From assembly GCA_043822065.1 (NCBI GenBank), contig JBDRCC010000003.1, forward strand, positions 1 through 32,510: DNA of 32,510 nt, in the 5' to 3' direction. The notes under the pieces were generated by a model. It had not been told where the DNA came from, made no database searches, and saw only the letters and a list, made by a program, of their open reading frames with translations. Positions 1-8,380 of this stretch are shown piece by piece. Made by a program: the position numbers and the translations under genes. The stretch is from an archaeon (GTDB lineage: Archaea > Undinarchaeota > CAZHTU01 > JBDRCC01). Numbering within the stretch: the stretch's first letter is position 1; every line of letters begins with the position of its first letter.

Positions 1-735
1 AAGCTCAAGATAATTGGCAGGGGCGGCGTTTCGGTTTCCAATGTTGACAAGGATGCCCAGGAACTCTGCAAGAAGCGCGGAATAAAGATAATCACAACGC
101 CCGAGGCGACAACCTATTCCGTCGCAGAGCTTACAATCGCCATCGCGTTTGCACTCCTGCGGCACCTCCCCCGCGCTGACGCATCAATGAGGAAAGGCGA
201 ATGGGAGCGGAAAAAGTTCATCGGCAGCGAACTCTACGGCAAGCGATGGGGAATCCTTGGGTTTGGCAGGATAGGCAAGGCAGTCGCGGAAAGGCTCACC
301 CCTTTCGGGGTCAACCTCTATACCTACGACCCGTTCTGCAACGAGGAAATCTGCTCCCAGTACGGCGCCCTCAAGCTCAACAGCCTGGACGAGTTCCTCG
401 CCCACTGCGACATACTCTCCGTCCACTGCGCATTGACTGACGAGACAAAGCACCTGCTCAATGAGAAGACAATCTCAAAGCTCCCGAAAGGTGCCTACAT
501 AATAAACGTCTCGCGCGGGGCGGTAATCGACACCAAGGCACTTCTCTCCGCGCTCAAGTCAGGCAAGCTCGCTGGCGCAGGGCTGGACGTATACGAGCAG
601 GAGCCACCAACGGACACTGAACTCCTCTCTCTTGACAATGTTGTCCTTCTGCCCCACCTTGGCGCAAGCACCCAAGAGGGCCAGGAGCGCGCGACAATCG
701 ACCTCATAAAGAAGCTCAAAAACGAACTCAAATGA
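1..735 (+). CDS. serA: D-isomer-specific 2-hydroxyacid dehydrogenase, phosphoglycerate dehydrogenase-like (5'-truncated by window edge, no C-terminal ACT domain)
   Basis: Frame 1 is open from base 1 (KLKIIGRGGVSVSNVD...SVAELTIA). Rossmann motif GILGFGRIG, INVSRG (Arg), LDVYEQEP (Glu), PHLGAST (His). Exact substrate uncertain. Confidence 0.8.
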   Translation, partial: KLKIIGRGGVSVSNVDKDAQELCKKRGIKIITTPEATTYSVAELTIAIAFALLRHLPRADASMRKGEWERKKFIGSELYGKRWGILGFGRIGKAVAERLTPFGVNLYTYDPFCNEEICSQYGALKLNSLDEFLAHCDILSVHCALTDETKHLLNEKTISKLPKGAYIINVSRGAVIDTKALLSALKSGKLAGAGLDVYEQEPPTDTELLSLDNVVLLPHLGASTQEGQERATIDLIKKLKNELK

Positions 736-2126
736 TAACCTCAAGGCAGCAGAAGGCGCTTGAACTGAATTCTGAGTATCTCGGCGTTTCAGTCGAGACC
801 CTCATGGAGAACGCAGGGAAAGCCGTCTTTTACGAGCTCTCCAAAAAGGCAAAGACGAAGGGAAAGAAAATCCATGTCTACGCCGGGCCCGGGAACAATG
901 GCGGGGACGCATTTGTCGTCGCAAGGCACCTTTCAGCGGAGTCTGATGTTTCGGTATTCACTTTCAGCGAGCCCAAGACAGAGCTCGCAATGAAAAAGTT
1001 CGCAGACGTAAAGGAGATATCTTCCCAAATCAACTCGCCGGACGACCTCCCAAAAAGCGAGCCGGATATCATCATTGACGGAATCTTCGGCACCGGCACG
1101 AACGGAGAAATCCGCGAGCCCTACAAATCGGCGGTATCGAAAATAAACAAGTCAAAGGCATACACTCTTTCAATCGACATACCCTCCGGCGCAGACCCTG
1201 ACACTGGCGAGGGTTTCCAGGTGCGGCCAGACCTCATAGTGAGCATGCATGACGCAAAACCAGGATTTCCGAAAGCCCTGAAGGCTGACATCGGGATACC
1301 AAGCGCCGCAGAGAAGCTCTGCGGGCCGGGGGACGTATTCCTCGGGGTGCGCGGGAGGGACCCAGACTCCCACAAGGGGCAGAACGGCGTTGTCCTTGTC
1401 ATAGGCGGCTCAAGCACTTTCGTCGGGGCGCCAATACTCGCAGCCCTTGCAGCCGCGCGCTCCGGCGCAGACGGCGTCATCCTTGCCGCTCCGGAACGGG
1501 TAGCGGACGCCGCAAAGCAGTGGCCGGACCTGATAACCATCCCTCTGAAGGGAAACGCGCTCCAGTCCCAGCACCTGTCTGAAATAAAGGACCAGATTGC
1601 AAAAGCAGACGTAATCCTATTCGGTCCGGGTGCAGGCCTCCTCCCCGAAACCCAGGACTTTGCATCCCAGCTAGCCAAGAAGGCGGACAAACCCCTTGTA
1701 ATCGACGCGGACGGAATAGCCCTCCTTGCAAAATTCAAGCCGAAGGCTCTCTGGACCCCGCACCACAAGGAATTTGAGACACTTACCGGCAAGAGTCCGG
1801 GCGAGCAGAACGTCAAGTCATCCGCTAAGCAGTTCGGCACAATCCTCCTCAAGGGGCGGACTGACATCATATCCGACGGCGAAAGGACAAAGCTCAACAA
1901 CACAGGAAATCCCGGCATGACGAAGTTCGGCACAGGCGACGTCCTTGCCGGGCTTGCGGCAGGGCTCTACGCCCAGAACAAGAACGCCTTCGAAGCGGCG
2001 TGCGCGGCGGCTTTTGCCAATGGCGCAGCAGGCGACAGGCTTTTCAAAGAGTACGGCTACGGATTCCTAGCTTCAGACCTGTTAAATGAGATACCAAAAG
2101 TCCTTTACGGCACTATTTGGAAGTAA
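732..2126 (+). CDS. nnr: Bifunctional NAD(P)H-hydrate epimerase/dehydratase (YjeF N + C domains)
   Basis: LMENAG, GPGNNGGD, IIDGIFGTG, SIDIPSG (epimerase); SHKGQNG, VIDADG, TPHHKEF, GNPGMTKFGTGDVLAG (dehydratase). ATGA overlap with the upstream gene. Confidence 0.95.
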   Translation: MITSRQQKALELNSEYLGVSVETLMENAGKAVFYELSKKAKTKGKKIHVYAGPGNNGGDAFVVARHLSAESDVSVFTFSEPKTELAMKKFADVKEISSQINSPDDLPKSEPDIIIDGIFGTGTNGEIREPYKSAVSKINKSKAYTLSIDIPSGADPDTGEGFQVRPDLIVSMHDAKPGFPKALKADIGIPSAAEKLCGPGDVFLGVRGRDPDSHKGQNGVVLVIGGSSTFVGAPILAALAAARSGADGVILAAPERVADAAKQWPDLITIPLKGNALQSQHLSEIKDQIAKADVILFGPGAGLLPETQDFASQLAKKADKPLVIDADGIALLAKFKPKALWTPHHKEFETLTGKSPGEQNVKSSAKQFGTILLKGRTDIISDGERTKLNNTGNPGMTKFGTGDVLAGLAAGLYAQNKNAFEAACAAAFANGAAGDRLFKEYGYGFLASDLLNEIPKVLYGTIWK

Positions 2127-2148
2127 TCCACTTTAGCTGGCAAAAGAA

Positions 2149-4317
2149 TCACTGCGAATACAGCATCTTCCACTTTCCGCCGCAGATTTTTGTTATGAGC
2201 CTGCAGACATCCTCAAAAACCTTTTTCACTTCGGCAGGCGGGATATCCTTGTTGCCCTGGACGCACACAATCGCGTTCTTCGTCGCCTTTGTGACCTTTA
2301 TCTTCTCCGACTGCTTGGTCAGCCACTTCGTGATGACATTATTCTCATCGTCGGCAAGCACAAACTCCCCTGGGTAAATCTCCTCCCGCCTGTTCGCGCC
2401 TATCGATATGAAGCTCTCGCTACCGTCAGCTACCTTAAGGCGGACGTCGCCTGAAATACCCCGCACGTCGTAAACTCCCATGATGAGCCCGGTCTTTGCG
2501 GATATGAGGTTGTAAGCGTCGGCCACGGTGTTGATGTTCGGCAGCCCGCCCTTCCTGACAAAGCCCATGAGGTTCTCTGACGAGAGCCCGGCAGTGCTCC
2601 TGTCCTGCTTTTCAAGCATGTACCTGTAGCTGTCTATTACCTTCTGGACCTTGGCAGGGTCTATTTTTTTTATTTCCCCCTCAATTATCTTCTTGAGCTC
2701 AGCGCTCTTTCGTGATACTGAAATCCCGGTAAGCTCGCCCACACATACTGACAGCTTCTCCTTCCTTATCCCGTCGTCTGCCACGACCTTCTTTCCTGAG
2801 AACTCAGCCTCCTTTTCGACATATTCTGCCTTTTGGAAAAGTATTCCTGCACGCTTTACCGGAGTTCCAGGCTTTATCCTGCCCCACTCAAGCTCGCTGA
2901 ACTTCGGCACCTTGCAGCCAATCTGTTCTGCAATCTTCTCCGCAGTCTCAGGCACGAACGGGAAAACAAGCCCGGATGCAAACCGCAAACCTTCGGCTAG
3001 GTTGAACAGGACATTATCAAGCTCCTTGTCTTTAGTCTTTGCAAGCTCCCATGGCGCCTTGTCATTGACGTACTTGTTCAGCTCCTTCAGCAGGGACCAA
3101 ACCTCTTCTGCCGCCTTGTGCAGTTCGACCTTCCCGACAAACGCGTCCGTGTTCTTCAGGACCTCTTCAGCTTTCTTTTTCAGCCCGGCGTCAGCCTTGC
3201 CCTTCGGCACCTTTCCATTCGCGTACTTTTCTATCACTACGCAGACTCTGCTGACAAGGTTTCCAAGCCCGTCAGCCAAGTCAGAGTTCAGCCTGTCGAC
3301 AAGCGACTTCTCAGAAAAGTCTCCGTCCTCGCCGAAAGAAATCTCCCGGATTAGGAAGTACCTGAACGCGTCAACGCCGTACTTCGCAACAATCTCCTTT
3401 GGCTGGATGAAGTTTCCCTTTGATTTCGACATCTTCTCGCCGTCAACAGTCAGCCAGCCGTGGGCGAAAACCTTCTTCGGCGGCTCTATGCCTGCTGAGA
3501 ACAGCATCGCAGGCCAGATTGCGGAGTGGAACCAGTTGATTTCCTTTCCAACAAGGTGGACGTCTGCAGGCCAGTACTCCTTGAACTTCCCGCCGGGCCA
3601 GCCCAGCGCAGAAATATAATTCAAGAGCGCGTCAAACCACACGTAAACGACGTGCTCCTTGTCAAGCGGGTACTCAACCCCCCACTTGAACGACTTCCGC
3701 GTTATGCTCAGGTCCTTCAGCCCACCCCTGACCCTGCTTGTTATCTCCCTTCCGCGGAACTCGGGCGCAAGGAACTCCGGGTTCTTCTCGTAAAACTCGA
3801 GCAGCCTTTTCTCGTAATTCGACAGCCTGAAGAAATACGAATCCTCCTTCAGGACATCGACCGGCCTCCCGCAGTCAGGGCAGTTCCCGCCGGCAAGCTG
3901 GAGCTCGGTCCAGTAGGACTCGCAGGGTATGCAGTACCAGCCCTCGTACTGCCCGCGGTAGATGTCCCCATTCCTCCCGCACTTTTTTATGAACTCCTTG
4001 ACGACCTCCTCGTGCCTCTCGTCGGTCGTCCGGATAAAATCGTCATACGATATGTTCAGAAGCTTCCAGGTGTCCTTGAACACCGGGACTAGCCCGTCCA
4101 CAAACGCCTTTGGCTCAAGCCCCTTCTTCCTGGCTGCGCTTTCCACCTTCTGCCCGTGCTCGTCCGTCCCTGTGAGAAAGACGACATCCTCTCCCTTCTG
4201 CCTGTGCCAGCGCGCAAGCACGTCGGCAGCGATGGTCGTGTACGCATGCCCTAAGTGCGGCACGTCATTCACATAATATATCGGGGTTGTAACGTAGAAT
4301 CTCTTGAACTTAACCAC
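2149..4317 (-). CDS. metG: Methionyl-tRNA synthetase with C-terminal B3/B4 domain
   Basis: FYVTTPIYYVN, HLGH, FLTGTDEHG, single Zn knuckle CIPC...CPDC, YVWFDAL, KMSKS, LADGLGNL...R. The last ~210 aa match the B3/B4 pattern (LPNINTVADAYNLIS...MGVYD...GEFVLADD). GTG start. Confidence 0.95.
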   Translation of the reverse strand: MVKFKRFYVTTPIYYVNDVPHLGHAYTTIAADVLARWHRQKGEDVVFLTGTDEHGQKVESAARKKGLEPKAFVDGLVPVFKDTWKLLNISYDDFIRTTDERHEEVVKEFIKKCGRNGDIYRGQYEGWYCIPCESYWTELQLAGGNCPDCGRPVDVLKEDSYFFRLSNYEKRLLEFYEKNPEFLAPEFRGREITSRVRGGLKDLSITRKSFKWGVEYPLDKEHVVYVWFDALLNYISALGWPGGKFKEYWPADVHLVGKEINWFHSAIWPAMLFSAGIEPPKKVFAHGWLTVDGEKMSKSKGNFIQPKEIVAKYGVDAFRYFLIREISFGEDGDFSEKSLVDRLNSDLADGLGNLVSRVCVVIEKYANGKVPKGKADAGLKKKAEEVLKNTDAFVGKVELHKAAEEVWSLLKELNKYVNDKAPWELAKTKDKELDNVLFNLAEGLRFASGLVFPFVPETAEKIAEQIGCKVPKFSELEWGRIKPGTPVKRAGILFQKAEYVEKEAEFSGKKVVADDGIRKEKLSVCVGELTGISVSRKSAELKKIIEGEIKKIDPAKVQKVIDSYRYMLEKQDRSTAGLSSENLMGFVRKGGLPNINTVADAYNLISAKTGLIMGVYDVRGISGDVRLKVADGSESFISIGANRREEIYPGEFVLADDENNVITKWLTKQSEKIKVTKATKNAIVCVQGNKDIPPAEVKKVFEDVCRLITKICGGKWKMLYSQ

Positions 4318-4341
4318 CTATCTAACCTATTAGGCAAGGCA

Positions 4342-4350
4342 TTTTATAAA
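4342..4350 (-). promoter_or_regulatory. TATA box for metG
   Basis: Minus-strand GGGGAAA-TTTATAAAA, purine-rich BRE-like flank, ~25-33 nt upstream of the start. Confidence 0.6.
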
Positions 4351-4364
4351 TTTCCCCCAATATC

Positions 4365-4392
4365 TATTTAAAGCTGGATAAGTTATCCAGCT
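4365..4392 (+). promoter_or_regulatory. TATA box (TATTTAAA) followed by a palindromic operator
   Basis: AGCTGGATAA-G-TTATCCAGCT (4372-4392) is a perfect inverted repeat with 10-bp arms, lying between the TATA box and the ATG at 4397. Confidence 0.65.
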
Positions 4393-4396
4393 AACT

Positions 4397-6652
4397 ATGA
4401 AACGGATTTTCATTTTGGTCTTACTTGCACTGGCACCACTCTCGTATGCTTATCCCTACTCCCCAGCCGACACCCAAATACAAAACGCCCTCCAGTACCT
4501 GAACTCAACCCAGTCCTCAGGCGGAGGCATGGGCTCAACATCAGATACTGCGTATGCGGTTCTTGCCATACAGGCGGCGGGCGGGGACTCGTCAAAATGG
4601 AACCGCACCGGTCGCACCCCGATTGACTACCTCTCCAACACTTCTTGCGGGTTTAATTCCTCAACATCCGTCTCTTCCTACGCCCTTACAATACTTGCGT
4701 TTGATTCTGCCGGAAAAAATGCAAGCAGCATATGCGGGAAGGACCTTGTCCAGGAGCTTGCCAGCAGGCAGAACCCGGACGGGAGCTTTAGTGCATGGGT
4801 CAATGACCAGGCGTGGGCAGTGCTTGCGCTGTCTGTATCAGACCTGCCGGACGCGACCGTCCTGGCAAAGGCGAAAGACGACCTCCTCACAAAGCAGAAC
4901 CCAGACGGCGGCTTCGGGTTCTTCGGCTCCTCAGACGCGGACATGACCTCCCTTGGAATATGGGCAATGCTCGCAGGAGGGGTTGGTGTGGCTTCCCCCG
5001 AAGCCCAAAACGCGCTCTCAGTCCTCTACACCTTCCGGGACCCGTCCGGCGGATTCTTCAGCGGCTCATGGGGCGACCTGTCCCCAAGCTCAGGCTCGAC
5101 AGCATGGTCGATGTCAGCCATCGCCATTACCAATTCCACCTACAACTGGCCTAACGCAAGCTTCCAGGACACCACCCTCTCCGGCCAGCCGAACACGACG
5201 CTTTCCTTCAGAATCCGGATAGAAAAAGCTTCGCCATTTTCCTTCCTCTCAGGGCTCCAGCACTCGGACGGCTCATTCCTGAACAGGATTGGCGAGCCAA
5301 ACTGGTCGCCGGTGCAGTCTACCTCATACTCCATAATCTCCCTGCTCGGAAAGGGCTATCCAGTCTCCCTCCCTCTGCGCCAAGACACTGCCCTAGACCT
5401 GAACATCTCGGCGCAAGGGGACAAGCAGTGGGGCTATTCCCTTTCTTCGCTCCAGGCCCTTGGCATCTCCCAGGCAGACGTCCTGCTAAACATCACAATC
5501 CCGCCAAATGCAACACAGGAGGACGCCAGCTTCAACATCACACTTACCCATTCCTCCAACAAAAATGCAGTTTATTCTGCGCCCTTAACTGCAAGGTCAG
5601 TTCTGCCGAACCTCAAGGCTTCCGCTGCCTACCCTTCCTCCGTCCAGGAAAACAGCCAGATAGCGATATCTGCTACAGTTGAAAACTCCGGAGGCTACGG
5701 CGCAACAAACCTCAACCTCTCGCTGTATGTCAATTCCGCCCTGCATCAGTCAGCCATTCTGAACGTGTCTGCAAACTCAACCGCCAGCAAGAGCTTCTAT
5801 TACACTCCGCCGTCCGCAGGCTCTTACTCCTTCCTGCTGTCCGCGGATCCTGGCAATTTAATCCGGGAGATAAATGATACCGACAACAACCTCACATTCA
5901 CGGTCCAGGCAACAAGCCCCTCACCACCAGCCTCAAGCGGCGGGGGCTCATTCATTTCAGCCCTGCCCACCGCCGACCAAAATTCGCAGACCAAGACAAT
6001 CGCGCAGATAAGCCGGGGCTCAACCGGCTCAGCAGAATTTACCAAAGACGTCCACGCCGTAACACAAATCCGTGTCAAGGCGGCGTCTCAGATAAACGGC
6101 CTAAAGCTTACAGTCGAGAACAAGGGCACAAAAAACCCAGTAGGCACTGAGCCAATAGGCACGGTGTACAAGTACCTCGAGCTGACGAAGAATATCGAAG
6201 ACGCACAAATAGAGCGCGCAGAAATAGACTTCAAGGTCGAGGCTTCCTGGATTGAAGAAAACAGCATAGATCCCGATTTCGTATCCCTCAGCAGGCACAC
6301 GGCAGCCGGCTGGGAGGCTCTGCCCACTGAAAAAACAAAAGATGACGGAGGATACCTATACTTCCGCGCCGAAACCCCAGGCTTCTCAATCTTCGCAATA
6401 ACCTGCAGAAACCTGCCCCCTGCGCCGCAGACTGAGCCAGAACCTGAGCCAATGGGTGAGCCTGCCCCAGCGCCAGCCGCCCAGCCAGAGCATGGGGCGC
6501 CGACCGGGCTTGCAACTGCCCAGGAAAGCAGCAGCCTGCGATACCTTCTTATTCCGGCGGGAATTCTTCTCCTCGCTGGCCTGGCTGCAAAGCTCAAGCC
6601 GCCCAGGCAGAAATCCGGCACCTACAAAATAACCCGGCTAAGATTAGGCTAA
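4397..6652 (+). CDS. Cell-surface glycoprotein: signal peptide, prenyltransferase/squalene-cyclase-like repeats, CARDB-like Ig domain, PGF-pre-PGF domain, C-terminal TM anchor
   Basis: Signal MKRIFILVLLALAPLSYA; QNPDGSF, QNPDGGFG and QHSDGSF repeats; PNL...ATVENSG...ADPGNLIREINDTDNN (CARDB); VYKYLEL...YFRAETPGFSIFAI (PGF-pre-PGF); Pro-rich linker; LLIPAGILLLAGLAA plus basic tail; many NxS/T sequons. Confidence 0.85.
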   Translation: MKRIFILVLLALAPLSYAYPYSPADTQIQNALQYLNSTQSSGGGMGSTSDTAYAVLAIQAAGGDSSKWNRTGRTPIDYLSNTSCGFNSSTSVSSYALTILAFDSAGKNASSICGKDLVQELASRQNPDGSFSAWVNDQAWAVLALSVSDLPDATVLAKAKDDLLTKQNPDGGFGFFGSSDADMTSLGIWAMLAGGVGVASPEAQNALSVLYTFRDPSGGFFSGSWGDLSPSSGSTAWSMSAIAITNSTYNWPNASFQDTTLSGQPNTTLSFRIRIEKASPFSFLSGLQHSDGSFLNRIGEPNWSPVQSTSYSIISLLGKGYPVSLPLRQDTALDLNISAQGDKQWGYSLSSLQALGISQADVLLNITIPPNATQEDASFNITLTHSSNKNAVYSAPLTARSVLPNLKASAAYPSSVQENSQIAISATVENSGGYGATNLNLSLYVNSALHQSAILNVSANSTASKSFYYTPPSAGSYSFLLSADPGNLIREINDTDNNLTFTVQATSPSPPASSGGGSFISALPTADQNSQTKTIAQISRGSTGSAEFTKDVHAVTQIRVKAASQINGLKLTVENKGTKNPVGTEPIGTVYKYLELTKNIEDAQIERAEIDFKVEASWIEENSIDPDFVSLSRHTAAGWEALPTEKTKDDGGYLYFRAETPGFSIFAITCRNLPPAPQTEPEPEPMGEPAPAPAAQPEHGAPTGLATAQESSSLRYLLIPAGILLLAGLAAKLKPPRQKSGTYKITRLRLG

Positions 6653-7239
6653 TGCTCGGCAAACTCGCTGAACTGGTTGACAAAAGGGCAAGCTATTCCG
6701 TTGTCCACATCGTCCGCGCGCTACTGCTCTTGTCAGAGACGCCTGCGGGCAGGTTCAGCTTTATGTCAAAGCTCCGCATTGGCGAGGCAAGCGCGAAGAC
6801 CCTGCTTAACTCGCTATGCGATGCGGGAATAGCAAAGCCCTCCGTCAAGGGCGCAGTCCTTACTCAGAAAGGCGAAGCCCTTGTCCGCTCACTCCTCACC
6901 CAGATATCCGAGCCGCGGAGCATCGCGGCAACCGATTTTGCCGTAGCCAAGCAGAACATCGCAATTATCGTCAGGAATTCTGCAAAGCGTGTTGGCAACT
7001 GTATTTCACTGCGCGACACCGCAGTCAAAGCTGGTGCGGCAGGCCTTACCGTTTTGGTAAAGGAAGGCGGGCGGCTGAGGCTTCCCAACTGCAGCTTTTC
7101 GCTTGAGCCAATAGAGGGCGTTGTCAAGTCCCTCTTCAAAGTGGAAAATGGCGACGCGGTCCTTATTGGCTCGTCCCCGGACGCAATAACTGCTGAGGAA
7201 GGTGCCATTGCCGCCGCGCTTCAGCTCGTTGCGCCCTGA
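6652..7239 (+). CDS. Winged-helix + DUF4443-like protein (putative regulator)
   Basis: N-terminal GRFSFMSKLRIGEASAKTLLNSL...GAVLTQKG wHTH; C-terminal LRDTAVKAGAAGLTVL...GDAVLIG. TAATG overlap with the upstream gene. Confidence 0.7.
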   Translation: MLGKLAELVDKRASYSVVHIVRALLLLSETPAGRFSFMSKLRIGEASAKTLLNSLCDAGIAKPSVKGAVLTQKGEALVRSLLTQISEPRSIAATDFAVAKQNIAIIVRNSAKRVGNCISLRDTAVKAGAAGLTVLVKEGGRLRLPNCSFSLEPIEGVVKSLFKVENGDAVLIGSSPDAITAEEGAIAAALQLVAP

Positions 7240-7248
7240 AAAAGGCAG

Positions 7249-7259
7249 TTATAAATACT
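7249..7259 (+). promoter_or_regulatory. TATA box TTATAAATACT
   Basis: 34 nt upstream of ATG 7283; an identical 11-mer occurs at 7429-7439. Confidence 0.6.
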
Positions 7260-7282
7260 GCTTAAACTAGATACTGGCGGTT

Positions 7283-7408
7283 ATGGCCGAGGAAAGCACG
7301 ATTCCAGCGCCCGCCGAGGCAAAAAATTCCCAGTTCGGGCTAAAACTGGAACTGCTCATCGCCGGCACCGCCCTTATAATAATCGCCTACTACCTTCTAA
7401 AATACTGA
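7283..7408 (+). CDS. 41-aa single-TM microprotein (not in the ORF track)
   Basis: MAEESTIPAPAEAKNSQFGLKLELLIAGTALIIIAYYLLKY*. It has its own TATA box, fills the intergenic gap and has a hydrophobic C-terminal helix. Confidence 0.65.
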   Translation: MAEESTIPAPAEAKNSQFGLKLELLIAGTALIIIAYYLLKY

Positions 7409-7428
7409 AAAATCCGCTCTAAAAACAA

Positions 7429-7439
7429 TTATAAATACT
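7429..7439 (+). promoter_or_regulatory. TATA box TTATAAATACT
   Basis: A-rich BRE-like flank; 37 nt upstream of ATG 7466. Confidence 0.6.
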
Positions 7440-7465
7440 ACTGTCGCTAAATATACAGGTTGGAC

Positions 7466-8380
7466 ATGGCAGAAGACAAGCCTAAAGATGATTCGGCACC
7501 GATAAAGTTCCTGAAGCCGGTCTTCGAGACTGAGGGCGACAAGGGACCGAATCCGTTCGCTGTCCTCTTCTTCATCCTTATTCTCGTAGGGCTTATCAGC
7601 GTCGTAATCTCGCCCCAGGGCCTCTCCACAAGCTACTCCTTAGCAGGATACAACGCAACCATAATGCAGATACTCGGGACGCTGGTTGTCATCTATATCA
7701 TAATCATGTTCCTCGGCGTCATCGAAACGCCGGCGAAGGGCGCCGTGAAAGTCGCAGAGGATATAATCCGTTCCAGCGATTCAGCAGCATCTGCAACAAC
7801 GCCCGCCGGCACCTCGGAGCAGCGGGATGCAAAAGCGCGGGTGAAGGCATTTGCCGCAAAGTTTGAGAAGAAAGAGGTCAAACTGCAACGGGAAATAGTC
7901 GTTTATGCCGACAAGCAGGAGCTAACTGAAGGCGAGACAACATCCATCTACGCAATACCGTTCGAGAACAATACGCGCGTTGACGGTGTTGAATTCGGAT
8001 TCGAGATAGTCGGCGGAGGCAGGTTCCCAGAGTCCAAGCAAAAGACGAAGAAGATAACCTCTGCCAAGACTGAAGAGTCGGTTGCCATTGTAAGCTTTGA
8101 GATGGGCGGCAGCAAAGAGACTGCAGTCAAGGTGATGGCTGCCGGCTATCCCTCAAAACAGCTCATACTTACGTCCAAGGAAGCCGCAGCAGCTGCGGCA
8201 GGCCAGGGCACAGTCGGCGCAGACAGCCTAAAGGCAATAGCAAGGTCGCAGATAGAGGATGCCGTGCGGCGGCTTGATGACCTGTCACTTGCACTCTCAA
8301 ACACTGTCCGGAACGTCACCGGCAGGGTGGAAGACGAAGCAAGGAAAAAGAAGACAACGTCGCCGGAGGATGAAGAATAA
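7466..8380 (+). CDS. Hypothetical membrane protein (2 TM helices, beta-rich Ig-like segment, C-terminal helix)
   Basis: TM segments FAVLFFILILVGLISVVI and ILGTLVVIYIIIMFLGVI; IVVYADKQELTEGETTSIYAIP beta-sandwich-like stretch. ATG 7466 preferred over TTG 7460. Confidence 0.75.
   Translation: MAEDKPKDDSAPIKFLKPVFETEGDKGPNPFAVLFFILILVGLISVVISPQGLSTSYSLAGYNATIMQILGTLVVIYIIIMFLGVIETPAKGAVKVAEDIIRSSDSAASATTPAGTSEQRDAKARVKAFAAKFEKKEVKLQREIVVYADKQELTEGETTSIYAIPFENNTRVDGVEFGFEIVGGGRFPESKQKTKKITSAKTEESVAIVSFEMGGSKETAVKVMAAGYPSKQLILTSKEAAAAAAGQGTVGADSLKAIARSQIEDAVRRLDDLSLALSNTVRNVTGRVEDEARKKKTTSPEDEE

Noticed and set aside
2651-4092. Long + strand ORFs (322 aa, 188 aa)
   Set aside because: Antisense shadows of metG.
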